Below are positions 26,553-35,530 of a stretch of 42,967 nucleotides of DNA, one piece after another. Origin of the DNA: a virus (Duplodnaviria > Caudoviricetes); the IMG/VR virus record IMGVR_UViG_3300016643_000319, positions 1 to 42,967 of that record; one strand, 5' to 3'. The notes beneath the pieces were generated by a model, which saw only the letters and a list, made by a program, of their open reading frames with translations, was not told the origin of the DNA and did no database searches. Both the position numbers and the translations under genes were made by a program. How positions within the stretch are numbered: the stretch's first letter is position 1; each line of letters opens with the position of its first letter.

Positions 26553-28030
26553 GGTTGTTCCTTGTCATCTGTCGGCTCGATGGCATCAAGCGTGGTGTAG
26601 TTGAGGCCCAGATCCGTGGACCTAGCGAGGTCAGCGGCGTTTTCCGAGTCGATGGTTTCCGCGTCGTAGCCGTTGCGCAGACACATCTCACTGCGTGAAC
26701 CGAAGCCCGCCTGCACTTCCATCCGCCGCGCCTGCACGTCCTGCACCGGCTGGATGTAGGCCCATCCTTGTGGCACCCAACGTGTACGCAGATATTCGCG
26801 TCGACGTTGCGCGTAGTCTTCCAGTACAAGGGCACCGGACAGCACCGCCATGTCCATCCAGGCGGCACGCACCGGGCGACACAGTTGATGCACGTAGACG
26901 CCGAATTGCAGCTGCTCCAGGCGCCGCCGAAACTCGTTGAGTACCACCCGCAGCGCCCGGTCATTGACCTCGCGCATGTCGCCCGTGAGGATCTCGTACG
27001 GCGTGCCCGAACCCGCTGCCGCAGCCATCAGTTGTTGACGCATGAAGTCCGGATAGTTGTTGCCGGCATCCGGTGGTTTGGAGAACTCCACCTCTTCACC
27101 TGGCCCCAGCTCCTGCATGGTGCCGGGCTCCAGGGCCACCATCGGTGTGAAGCCGTCGCGGTCGGTGGTCAGCAGTTGCCCCGTTACCGGGTCACGCGGT
27201 TGGTGCCCGCTGTCCGGCGCCGGTCGCTTGATGAAGCCAGCAAACAGGTTTGCCACCTCCTGGCGAAACAGCACCGCGTCATCGTAGTTGTCTAGGCTGC
27301 GCAGTCGTTTCAATACTGGTGCCAGACGCGGCACGCCCCGCAATTGCCCTGGCTCCATGGGTTCGAAGATGTGCAGCACCTGCGTCGCAGGCACCCGCAC
27401 CAACTGGTTGTACCCGGCATTCAACGACGACGAATCGCGTGGATGCGAGAGGTACATCCAATACGCCACACGCTTACCGGCCGGATTGAACTCGATCCCG
27501 GCGCGGATGACGTTGCCGTTTTTGGCCGTTTCAAACTTGTCATGTGGGACAAACTCCGGGGCCAGCGCCTGCAGCTGCAGCGGCACCGCTAAACCTGCGC
27601 TCGGGCTGCGCGGCCGCAACCGCACAAAGCATTCACCAGCAGTTTCCACGGTACGCGCCACCAGGGCCTGCATGCCGTAGAAGTCGGTCAGCTCGTCCGC
27701 GTCCGCTTCATCCACCCAGTCATCCCACAGCTGCTGCTTGAGTTTGCGCAGTGCCGCGTCGTCCGTGGTCGGCCTGGGCGTAATGCCCGTGCCGATCAGG
27801 TTGCTGACGCGCTTGTCGATGACGTTGAACGCGTATGGGTCGTTACGTACTGCCGCCCGCGAGCGGGCCCGCAGGTTGCGCAGGGCCGGGGTGTTGATGC
27901 TGTTGATGCCGTTGTCGGTGGCTTCCCAACTGGCCGAACGTCGGCCCTCTCCGGCGCCTTCGTAACTGGCCTTGATGTTCGACGGCAGCAAGAATCCATT
28001 ACGGGTCAGCGTCGGATAATGTCGGGCCAT
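26549..28030 (-). CDS. Portal protein (lambda gpB-like)
   Basis: LRARSR...RND, GIEF...G...AYW, GQLRGVP and YEILTGD motifs. Confidence 0.94.
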   Translation of the reverse strand: MARHYPTLTRNGFLLPSNIKASYEGAGEGRRSASWEATDNGINSINTPALRNLRARSRAAVRNDPYAFNVIDKRVSNLIGTGITPRPTTDDAALRKLKQQLWDDWVDEADADELTDFYGMQALVARTVETAGECFVRLRPRSPSAGLAVPLQLQALAPEFVPHDKFETAKNGNVIRAGIEFNPAGKRVAYWMYLSHPRDSSSLNAGYNQLVRVPATQVLHIFEPMEPGQLRGVPRLAPVLKRLRSLDNYDDAVLFRQEVANLFAGFIKRPAPDSGHQPRDPVTGQLLTTDRDGFTPMVALEPGTMQELGPGEEVEFSKPPDAGNNYPDFMRQQLMAAAAGSGTPYEILTGDMREVNDRALRVVLNEFRRRLEQLQFGVYVHQLCRPVRAAWMDMAVLSGALVLEDYAQRRREYLRTRWVPQGWAYIQPVQDVQARRMEVQAGFGSRSEMCLRNGYDAETIDSENAADLARSTDLGLNYTTLDAIEPTDDKEQP

Positions 28031-28236
28031 TAGAGTCCTTTGCCTCCATGCATGAGCCGAACCACGCGAGAGCGCGGCCCGGAGGCGTTGGTCAGCGACG
28101 TGCGAATCTCGTCGCGAGCCTTGAGCAGTTCGTCGATGGAGCGGTATTCCACCGTGCGGTCGCTGTAGCGCACGGTCTTTTCACCGCGTGCGATGGCGCG
28201 CTCGATGGCTTCGAGGTGCTTCGGAGTAAACGACAT
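28030..28236 (-). CDS. Head completion protein (lambda gpW-like)
   Basis: 68 aa, V.Y.DRTVEYRSIDEL; between terminase and portal. Confidence 0.88.
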   Translation of the reverse strand: MSFTPKHLEAIERAIARGEKTVRYSDRTVEYRSIDELLKARDEIRTSLTNASGPRSRVVRLMHGGKGL

Positions 28237-28237
28237 A

Positions 28238-30238
28238 TCAGCGTCTCTTCAGGTAGCCACTGGTGGAGCTGCGGCGTTGTGGGGGTGCAGCGGGTCGTGG
28301 TTGGGCGACCTGGGCAATGGGTTGCGGCGCCACTTGCGGTGTCGCGCTAGCCTGCTCGGCGACCGTTACACGCTCAGCAGCGACCACCTTTTCATCGAAC
28401 AAACCGGCTTGTGCCAGCGAGTTCCGTACCCGGTCCCAGTCGTGTTCCTGATACCGGTTGATGCCGAGGTAATGCGCCATCGCCAGGCAATACACCATCA
28501 GGTCGAGGGCTTCGTTGCGTTCGGCCTTGCCCTTGATCCACTCGATCCGCTTGTGGCCTCGGACGTACTTGGCGACCTTGCGCTCGGCCACGCACTGGGC
28601 GAAGAACTCGTCCGGCAGGTCGTTGGCAAAGTGCAGCGCACCTGGGCCGGACTCGAACGGGTAACGGTTGTAGATCCAGTCTTTTGCGGTGTCGGTACCG
28701 ACAAACCACAGCTCGGCGCCGCCGCGTTCGGTCTGGCCCTTCCAGGTCACATCAACCATGGACGGCCGCTGAGCGATCACCGGCTTACCGGGTTTGCTCG
28801 CGCCCTTGATGGCGAAGATGTTGCGCCAGCGCCGCACGCGGCAGAACTGATAGACCTCGTCGGTGTGGTGGCCGCCGGAATCGACGGCGACCGCGAGAAT
28901 GCCCAGGCCGACGCCACACGGATGCCGGTACCGCTCTTTCAGCAGGTCATCCAGTACCGCCCAGGTGCGTTCATCCGACGGGTCGCCCGCGATCACCCTG
29001 TGGTCGATGACCCAGCGCTCCATGCCGACGCCCCAGCCCATTGCCATGAACTCCAGGCGGTCGGCCTGTACGTCGACGGCGCCCGTGATCATCATTACGG
29101 CGGCGGGCATCTCACCGAGGGAAAACCCTTCCCGGCGCGCCCGCTCAATCAGTACCGATGCCTTGGTCTGCTCTTGCGCGCTGTCCCACACCTTAGCCAG
29201 GCGGGTGTTGTAGAACACCTGCATAGGCTCAAGGTCGCCTTTGGCTTGAGCCTTTTTCGCCTTCTCGAATTGCTTCGCCAGCGACTTCCAGCCCGTCCAA
29301 CCCAGCGGTGAATACAGCGCGTTGAGGTGGAAGCCGACCGTCTCGCCATCGCCCTTGGCATGGGCACGCCATTCACCACGGGCGAGCATGTCGCCCTTGT
29401 GGTGCTCCTCGATCAGCACGTCGCAGTCAGGCCCGGCGCACTCGTAGTGCACCACGCTGAAGTCCTGGGAGTAATGCAGCCGCTCCCACTCCAGGGTTTG
29501 CATGTGCCCGCAGGTTGGGCACGGCACGTAGTAGTAACGCTGGTCGCTACCCTCGAACAGATCGTCGATACGCGAGGCGCCCTTGATCGTCGGCGAACTG
29601 GAAAAGTAGAACTTGGCATTGCGGCCGAAGGTACTGCCCCGCGTCTCAGCCAGCTCGATGGGGTCGCCCTCTTCGCCAACGTCGACTTCCCAGCGGTCGA
29701 TCTCATCGCCGTACACGTAGCGCGCCGACAGCTCGGCCAAGTTGGCCGCAGAACCTGCGGTGGTGACGTACAGCGAGCCGCCTTCGAACTCCTTGGTGTC
29801 CATGGTGTTGCGCGAGTCCCGCGAGCGGCTCGCCGCCACACGTTCGCGCAGCACCGGGGTGGCCTTGATGGTCTTGCCGATCCGCGACGATACCCGCTTT
29901 GCCAGGCCTAGGCTGGGCAGCAGCGTGAGGATGTTCGACGGTACCATGTGGATCAGCGCACCGATCCAGTTCAAGGCGATCTGGGTTTTCATCAGTTGCG
30001 AGGCGACCATGGTCACTACGCGCTTGCACGGGTGAGCCGGTGACAGGCACCGCATCGGCTCGCGTGCGTAGGGTGTTCGCACGGTGCGATATTTCCCTGG
30101 CTCGGCGGCGCCGGTATCACGCGGGATGCGCATGTACTCGTCGGCCCACTCGTCCACCCAGAGGCTGGGGTCTGGACGCAGCCCACGGAAATACGCCTCA
30201 CGGTACACCTCAGCGCCGTCAGGTTTTTCCGTCTGCAT
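28238..30238 (-). CDS. Terminase large subunit (lambda gpA family)
   Basis: TPY.REPM, SQLMKT, DEIDRW, SSPTIKG, VDSGG and RNEALD motifs. Confidence 0.96.
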   Translation of the reverse strand: MQTEKPDGAEVYREAYFRGLRPDPSLWVDEWADEYMRIPRDTGAAEPGKYRTVRTPYAREPMRCLSPAHPCKRVVTMVASQLMKTQIALNWIGALIHMVPSNILTLLPSLGLAKRVSSRIGKTIKATPVLRERVAASRSRDSRNTMDTKEFEGGSLYVTTAGSAANLAELSARYVYGDEIDRWEVDVGEEGDPIELAETRGSTFGRNAKFYFSSSPTIKGASRIDDLFEGSDQRYYYVPCPTCGHMQTLEWERLHYSQDFSVVHYECAGPDCDVLIEEHHKGDMLARGEWRAHAKGDGETVGFHLNALYSPLGWTGWKSLAKQFEKAKKAQAKGDLEPMQVFYNTRLAKVWDSAQEQTKASVLIERARREGFSLGEMPAAVMMITGAVDVQADRLEFMAMGWGVGMERWVIDHRVIAGDPSDERTWAVLDDLLKERYRHPCGVGLGILAVAVDSGGHHTDEVYQFCRVRRWRNIFAIKGASKPGKPVIAQRPSMVDVTWKGQTERGGAELWFVGTDTAKDWIYNRYPFESGPGALHFANDLPDEFFAQCVAERKVAKYVRGHKRIEWIKGKAERNEALDLMVYCLAMAHYLGINRYQEHDWDRVRNSLAQAGLFDEKVVAAERVTVAEQASATPQVAPQPIAQVAQPRPAAPPQRRSSTSGYLKRR

Positions 30239-30241
30239 GGG

Positions 30242-30847
30242 TTAACTCGTAGTGATCAGATCGCGTTCAAGGTCAGCCGAAGACATGCGCTCGGCCTCTT
30301 CCAGAGACAGCCGTAGCGCCTTAGTCAGGTGCTGCTCAATTTCCCAAGGGTCGGACATCGCCGCCAATTCAGGGGCCAGTTGCGGGGGCATGCTGAGCAG
30401 TTGATCGCGCAGCATGCGTCCGGCGTTGTAGGCCCCGGTGGTGACCGCCTTCATATCCACCAGCGAGCCTTGCACCTTGTGAAACTCGGCCTCGGCCAAC
30501 TGGGCCAGATAGTACTCGCGGTGTGCGCGGGCTTTCTGGAAGTCGGGTTGCCCGCTCTTCGCGCCAGCAGGCTGCGGCGGCGCAGCCATGTTAGTCGGCT
30601 CGACCATCGGGGACAGTTGGCTGTAAACGTCACGCTGAAGCCGATCTTGCTGGTGGCGAGCCGCAACGGCGGCCTTGCTGGGGTCGGCGGTTTCGAAGAT
30701 CAGCGCTTCTGTTGCCAGCACGTCGACCTTCTTGCCATCCGGCGACAGCACCAGGCGGTTGTTGTCTTTCAGCCAGGTGATGTAACTCGGCGTCCTGCCG
30801 ATGCGAACCGCGAAAGCGCTTTTAGACAGGAACAGTGGATCCGTCAT
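30242..30847 (-). CDS. Terminase small subunit (Nu1-like)
   Basis: N-terminal HTH and coiled coil ARAHRE...A.LAE; directly upstream of TerL. Confidence 0.88.
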   Translation of the reverse strand: MTDPLFLSKSAFAVRIGRTPSYITWLKDNNRLVLSPDGKKVDVLATEALIFETADPSKAAVAARHQQDRLQRDVYSQLSPMVEPTNMAAPPQPAGAKSGQPDFQKARAHREYYLAQLAEAEFHKVQGSLVDMKAVTTGAYNAGRMLRDQLLSMPPQLAPELAAMSDPWEIEQHLTKALRLSLEEAERMSSADLERDLITTS

Positions 30848-30857
30848 AAGCCCTCCT

Positions 30858-30909
30858 TTTCAACGGCTTTTCAATGGAAACCTTTCAATTTCAATGGATT
30901 GAATTTCAG
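30858..30909. repeat. TTTCAA repeat cluster upstream of terS, putative packaging (cosB-like) region
   Basis: TTTCAA at 30858, 30869, 30883 and 30889, TTTCAG at 30904; TTTCAATGGA occurs twice. Confidence 0.5.
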
Positions 30910-31053
30910 TAAGCTGGCAGCCCAGCCGCTAACGCTTTCCCGCGGGTTTCATGCCCCGTGTCCCTCGAATGTCGCCAGGGTCCCAGGCGATTTTTCGGCG
31001 CTTCGTTTTGGCAAGACACGCTACAGACCACGTATTCCGTGGTCTCCAGCGAA

Positions 31054-31398
31054 TCACGCCTGACCACCGCCGGAGGGCGGCACATCGCACACGCCCAACC
31101 GCTTGGCTGCCCAGCGTTCGTACAGGCCGATGGCGACATCGGCGCCGGCCATCGCGGTGAGGCATCCGATGCTCCCTGCCGCCAGGACCGACATGCCCGA
31201 AGCGTGCAGCAACATCATGGTGGAAAGCCCGCAGACCACGCAGGCCCCGGACCGAAGGAGCAAGCGGCGTATCAAGGACCAGCCGCTTACCCCCGCTTTG
31301 TCGGCGCGCCATGCCTCGCCGGATATGCCGCCGACCAGGGACAGTACGATCACCATCCAGATCGGCATATCAATAAGCGCTTGCTGCTCGTTCGTCAT
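31054..31398 (-). CDS. Holin (Pseudomonas phage/tailocin type)
   Basis: 114 aa with 2-3 TM helices; GG.SGE.WRADK and GADVA.GLYERW motifs. Confidence 0.88.
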   Translation of the reverse strand: MTNEQQALIDMPIWMVIVLSLVGGISGEAWRADKAGVSGWSLIRRLLLRSGACVVCGLSTMMLLHASGMSVLAAGSIGCLTAMAGADVAIGLYERWAAKRLGVCDVPPSGGGQA

Positions 31399-31417
31399 CG
31401 CCCTACCCCATAAACGC

Positions 31418-31442
31418 AAAAACCCGGCGCAATGGCCGGGTT
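31418..31442 (-). terminator. Intrinsic terminator in the late (holin) leader, tR'-like
   Basis: Minus strand AACCCGGC-CATTGC-GCCGGGTT-TTT, about 20 nt before the holin start. Confidence 0.75.
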
Positions 31443-31495
31443 CAGTGTGGTGGTGTGTCCCGCTGCTTGCGGTCGCACCTATCGAAGATGGGTAC

Positions 31496-31524
31496 TTTTT
31501 ACAGGTGGATTCCGGTGGCAGCAA
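31496..31524 (-). promoter_or_regulatory. Putative late promoter (pR'-like)
   Basis: Minus strand TTGCTG-N17-TAAAAA upstream of the leader terminator; imperfect consensus. Confidence 0.35.
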
Positions 31525-31622
31525 GGGAGTTTTAATGCCATGGCGCAATAGGGGTGCAATACAGGTATGACGCAGGTGCAACGCAGGGATAACGCACTCA
31601 ATCGGCTATCGCTTCTGGTGCC

Positions 31623-31900
31623 CTGTCTACTTGTCCCACTATTCTGGATCGAAGTAGGACAGCTACAGGCGCCCAAATACGGAGCTCTGCCCTACTGTCC
31701 TACCTTTTTTACTTTTCTCTTGTGTATAGAGAGAAAGTTAAAAGCACGCGTGCGCGCCATGGGCGCGACTACGTGCCCGCTATGCTCATGTGTGCGTGGG
31801 GCGGGTAAAGGTTGGACAGTAGGACAGCCCAGCAACGGCGCGGCCTGCGCCTGTCCAACTGCGCCAGATGGCAGTCGGACAAAGCAGGACAGTAGGACAG
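31623..31900. repeat. Putative replication origin: GGACAG-core iterons in both orientations around an AT-rich tract
   Basis: GTAGGACAG 31654, CTGCCCTACTGTCCTAC 31687, GTTGGACAGTAGGACAG 31811, CTGTCCAAC 31851, and further copies 31874-31900; downstream of the primase-helicase. Confidence 0.55.
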
Positions 31901-31924
31901 AGGCACGCGGAGTGATGCCGAGGA

Positions 31925-32290
31925 TCATGCAGCCTTCCCCATCAGCATCCCTGCGATGTGCAGGTGTGCCTCATGGAGCCGCTGGTAATAGGTATCCCGA
32001 CTGCATCCGCAGTGGGTGTACTTCTGCGACAGGAAGCTTTCGTGGTTGCAGTAGTGCTCGCGTACGACAAGCGACAGCTGCGGCGGCAAGTGCTTGTTGA
32101 CGATCAGCTCAATGTCGGCCGATTCATCCAGCAGCACCCGACTACCCCGCGTGCCACGTATCAACTCTCCTTTGCACTCCATCAGCATGGCGATCATGTT
32201 GCCGCCACTCGGCCCGCCAGAACCGTCCGGCACAGGCGAATGCAGATCCTGCGCCCAAAGTTTGAGCATCTCGTCGATTCGCTTAATCAT
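31925..32290 (-). CDS. Putative late-gene regulator with C-terminal sigma-4-like HTH (Q position)
   Basis: IDEMLKLWA N-terminus and CGCSRDTYYQRLHEAH HTH-like end; last early gene before the late promoter. Confidence 0.7.
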   Translation of the reverse strand: MIKRIDEMLKLWAQDLHSPVPDGSGGPSGGNMIAMLMECKGELIRGTRGSRVLLDESADIELIVNKHLPPQLSLVVREHYCNHESFLSQKYTHCGCSRDTYYQRLHEAHLHIAGMLMGKAA

Positions 32291-34502
32291 CGAAACAAGG
32301 CTCCTCGATCACCGCCTGCTGCAACGCAGACGCTCGCCCCCAGCCCGCAGGCTTTTCATAGGCCCATGGCCTCACTCCGCTTTTTGGCAGCGCGGGCATA
32401 CGCCGCTTGCGCCATCCCAGCCGGTGCATGATCGCCCCGACCCGCATCTGCTCGGGCTTGCCCCAATGGCCGAAGTCCAGCTTCAGCGCCTGGGTCAGGA
32501 TCTCGTTGCCGGTAGCGGTTTCCCCGATCTGCGACTCCTCCATCCAGGCCAGGATTGGCCCTTCCCACTCATCCACCACAAAGCGCTCGTCTTGAGCCTC
32601 GGCGAACATCTTGGATTCGTCCTTGTTCACCCACCAGATATCGCCCGCCTCAAAGCAAAACAGCGCCTCGGCCCACAGCTGATCGCGGATCTCGCGCAGT
32701 TGCTCAAGATCGACCTTGTTGCAGAACACCGGCCAGTAACGACGGTTGCCCGTGGCGTCCTTGAGGTACTCCTCTTGGTTGGTGGTGCCCACGAAAACAC
32801 ACTGGCGTGGCACGTCATTCGTTCTGCGGCCGTAGCTCTCGCGGTAGGTGTCGGTGGACGCAGAGAAGAACTGTTTGGCCTTGGTGCTTTCAGCCTTGTT
32901 GAAACTGTCCAGTTCCCCCAGTTCGACGATCCATTTGCCGCGAATCGCCTGGAAGCTGTCCTTGTCGCCGAGGGCAAATGGCGTATCCATGAACCACTCG
33001 CCACCGAGCACGCCCATGGCCGTGGACTTACCGGCGCCCTGCCCGCCTTCGAGGATCATCACCGAGTCTGCCTTGCAGCCTGGACGCATCACACGGGCAA
33101 CCGCTGAGATGAGCCAGCGCTTACCGACCTTGGCCGAGTACTCACTGGCCTGGACGCCCAGCACGTCGGTCAGCCAGGTTTCAATGCGTGGCACGCGATC
33201 CCATTCCAGCTTCTCCAGGTACTCACGCACCGGGTGGAAAGCGTGGTCGTGGGCAACCACGCTGACCGCCTCGATCACATGGGAGGCTTTGACACGCAGG
33301 TTGTATTGCTGCGCGAGCCACTTCATCACTCGCATGTCGTCAATGTCGGCCCAGTCGCCGGCACCGCCGCCGAAGGGCGCAGACCGCAGCTTGACGATCT
33401 TGGAGCTGAACACGCTGTAGCCGATGACGCCGGCCCAGCGTTCGTCATTGCCCAGGATCAGTTCAACGTTTTGCATGTGCGCGATCAAAGAACCATTTTC
33501 GGTGCGGGCTAGTTGGTCCTTCCAGCCACCCGCTGCAGGAGGCTTGACCACCGCAAGCACCTGGCGGCGGACGGCCTCCAACCCCTCGGCGACGTGCAAG
33601 TCGTTAAAGTCCGTCCACTTAATCTCGCGCTCACCGGAGAACACCGGGGCGACGACTTGACCTCCGACAACCAGCGCGGCGTTGTTGGCTTTCTCTTCAC
33701 CAGGGTTCCAAGGGTCACCGTTGGGGCGCTTGGTTTTCCAGTCGTCATCGCGACAGATGATCAGCGGGCAGCCGGGGAAGCGCTCGCGCATTGCCTTGGA
33801 GACTGGCAGCAGGTTACCCGCGTCGAAGGCGATAGCAACAGTGAGCGACGTCGCCATGTGCAGGCTTGCGCCTGTGGCGTAGCCCTCACACACCAGCACC
33901 GGTTCGCCGGGCTCTGGGTGAGGGCCGATCAGGTGGAAAGCGCCCTCTTTTGACATACCGGGCGGCCAGTACTGCTTATCCCGCCCAGTGTCTTCTTGCT
34001 TGGCTGGGAAGATCACCTGCAGGCCGACAATCTGGTCGCGGACGTTGCACATGGGCACCAAAAATGCGCCAGTACGTGGCGCATAGCGAACCTTGAAGCC
34101 GACGATCTGTTTTCGATCCAGATAGGCGCTCTTACCCTTTTCGGGCATGCGCTTGAACAGGCCGGCAGCACGGTTGGCCGCTCGGCGTGATGCGTTGGCC
34201 GCGATCTCGGCAGCCTTACGCTTGGCATCCTCCTGCCGAGCGCGCATGACTTCGCGCTCCTCGGGGCTCATACGTCCGGGTTTAACTTTGATCTTCTGGG
34301 TATCGCCAGAGCGCCAGTCACCGAAGCTGCCGAAGATCAGCGTCTCGTTCTTTTCAGTGCGGTGTTCGTGAATGACGTACCAGCCGTTTTTTTCCTTGCC
34401 TTTGTCCTGGGTAGTTTTGCAGCGGGTAAGCTTGCCAAATACCAAGGGTTGAGCGGGCTCAAGACCATAGTCCGCGAACTGATTGATCACATCATCGAGC
34501 AT
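32283..34502 (-). CDS. Primase (TOPRIM) fused to VirE/VapE-type helicase
   Basis: CEGYATG and ICRDDD (TOPRIM), DFND, Walker A GGQGAGKS, GTTN and TGNRR.W; start MLDDVIN. Confidence 0.92.
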   Translation of the reverse strand: MLDDVINQFADYGLEPAQPLVFGKLTRCKTTQDKGKEKNGWYVIHEHRTEKNETLIFGSFGDWRSGDTQKIKVKPGRMSPEEREVMRARQEDAKRKAAEIAANASRRAANRAAGLFKRMPEKGKSAYLDRKQIVGFKVRYAPRTGAFLVPMCNVRDQIVGLQVIFPAKQEDTGRDKQYWPPGMSKEGAFHLIGPHPEPGEPVLVCEGYATGASLHMATSLTVAIAFDAGNLLPVSKAMRERFPGCPLIICRDDDWKTKRPNGDPWNPGEEKANNAALVVGGQVVAPVFSGEREIKWTDFNDLHVAEGLEAVRRQVLAVVKPPAAGGWKDQLARTENGSLIAHMQNVELILGNDERWAGVIGYSVFSSKIVKLRSAPFGGGAGDWADIDDMRVMKWLAQQYNLRVKASHVIEAVSVVAHDHAFHPVREYLEKLEWDRVPRIETWLTDVLGVQASEYSAKVGKRWLISAVARVMRPGCKADSVMILEGGQGAGKSTAMGVLGGEWFMDTPFALGDKDSFQAIRGKWIVELGELDSFNKAESTKAKQFFSASTDTYRESYGRRTNDVPRQCVFVGTTNQEEYLKDATGNRRYWPVFCNKVDLEQLREIRDQLWAEALFCFEAGDIWWVNKDESKMFAEAQDERFVVDEWEGPILAWMEESQIGETATGNEILTQALKLDFGHWGKPEQMRVGAIMHRLGWRKRRMPALPKSGVRPWAYEKPAGWGRASALQQAVIEEPCFDD

Positions 34503-34719
34503 AACGGGCAGCCCTCTGATCATCGACGGTCTTGCACTCAATGCAGAGCGTGCAACCGGGCTGTGCCAAACGACGGGCCTCTGGGATAGGGCCGTCGCAT
34601 TCTTCACAGAACATCAGGGAATGCTGAGCCGTGTTGGACATCAGCGCCAGGCGTGCAGCGACGGCTTGATCGATGCGCTCTTGCACCAGATCATTTGCGA
34701 AGTCAGCGATATCAGCCAC
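34492..34719 (-). CDS. TraR/DksA C4 zinc-finger protein
   Basis: DIAD acidic tip and CEEC...IPEARR...CTLCIEC. Confidence 0.9.
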   Translation of the reverse strand: MADIADFANDLVQERIDQAVAARLALMSNTAQHSLMFCEECDGPIPEARRLAQPGCTLCIECKTVDDQRAARYAR

Positions 34720-35230
34720 GTTCCACCCCACAAGTCGTCTGATTGACGTAGCGGGCGCGGTTATACATGCCTAACAACCCCTGAATGCCTCGAAACACCA
34801 ACTGGCGTATCTCAGCCAGCTCACGGTCATCGACCTTGCCGTCGCCAATGTGCTTGGCCCAGGTTTCGGACAAATCAGCAACCTGCCGGAAAAACATGGC
34901 GATACCCGTGGTAAGGGTCTCAGGCATGTCATTGGTATACGCCTCAGCCAGTTCCTGCCAGATCGTGTCGCCGACAAGGGCGTGCACCGCATCGAGAATG
35001 CGGCGGTCCTTGGTCAGTTCGAGGATCTCGCCGAACTCCTGGATGTTGACGGTGTGCGAGGGATGGGTGGGAGACAACTTGTGTTGCAACGTGGTGGCAT
35101 TGCGGCCGGTGGTGGCGGCGATTGCGGCGGCACCGCCGGGATAGTCCCGTGCGGCGTGGTACAAGGCTAATTCGAGCGTCAGTACTTCCTTTTGCGCTCG
35201 ATCAACACAGCTTAAAGCTACTCGGCTCAT
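34712..35230 (-). CDS. Phage regulatory CII-like protein
   Basis: YPGG..AIA...TLQHKLSP HTH and DG.VD..E motif; downstream of cro. Confidence 0.8.
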   Translation of the reverse strand: MSRVALSCVDRAQKEVLTLELALYHAARDYPGGAAAIAATTGRNATTLQHKLSPTHPSHTVNIQEFGEILELTKDRRILDAVHALVGDTIWQELAEAYTNDMPETLTTGIAMFFRQVADLSETWAKHIGDGKVDDRELAEIRQLVFRGIQGLLGMYNRARYVNQTTCGVERG

Positions 35231-35260
35231 GGCATTAATCCTACTAAGTTGCCAGTGCCC

Positions 35261-35522
35261 CGCGACGTGTAGTGGTGATACATTTGCCGCGTGGCTTGAA
35301 AGGGCCCAAACGCCGGCAAGATCTAGGGATCGAAACCGGCACCGTGCCGAGGCGAACAATCCGTTGCTCTCCTCTGGCGCAACAGCTGCCTAATCTGTGG
35401 TGGAAAAGGCAGCAACCCAAGACATCCGTGTCTTGGCAGCGCGATAAAGGGAGGTGGTTTGCATGTGGTGTGCCCTCCTACCTTCGTCGCGACCCGACAG
35501 CACTGTGGTGGTGTGTGCCGGG
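35261..35522. ncRNA. Candidate structured RNA in the cro-cII spacer (at least six hairpins); strand unresolved
   Basis: Hairpins at 35268-35282, 35355-35368, 35385-35413, 35417-35436, 35441-35490 and 35493-35522. Four have GTGGTG/CACCAC loops and two have TCCG/CGGA loops. Confidence 0.5.
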
Positions 35523-35530
35523 AGAAACTG

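Noticed and set aside
31623-31900. CRISPR-like or mini-array reading of the GGACAG repeats
   Set aside because: The repeats are only 6-9 bp, in mixed orientation and irregularly spaced, with no cas genes.
23903-33107. Long + strand ORFs (23903-25060, 25470-26600, 28193-29311, 32094-33107 and others)
   Set aside because: They are antisense shadows of GC-rich, codon-biased phage genes, with no RBS or recognisable motifs.
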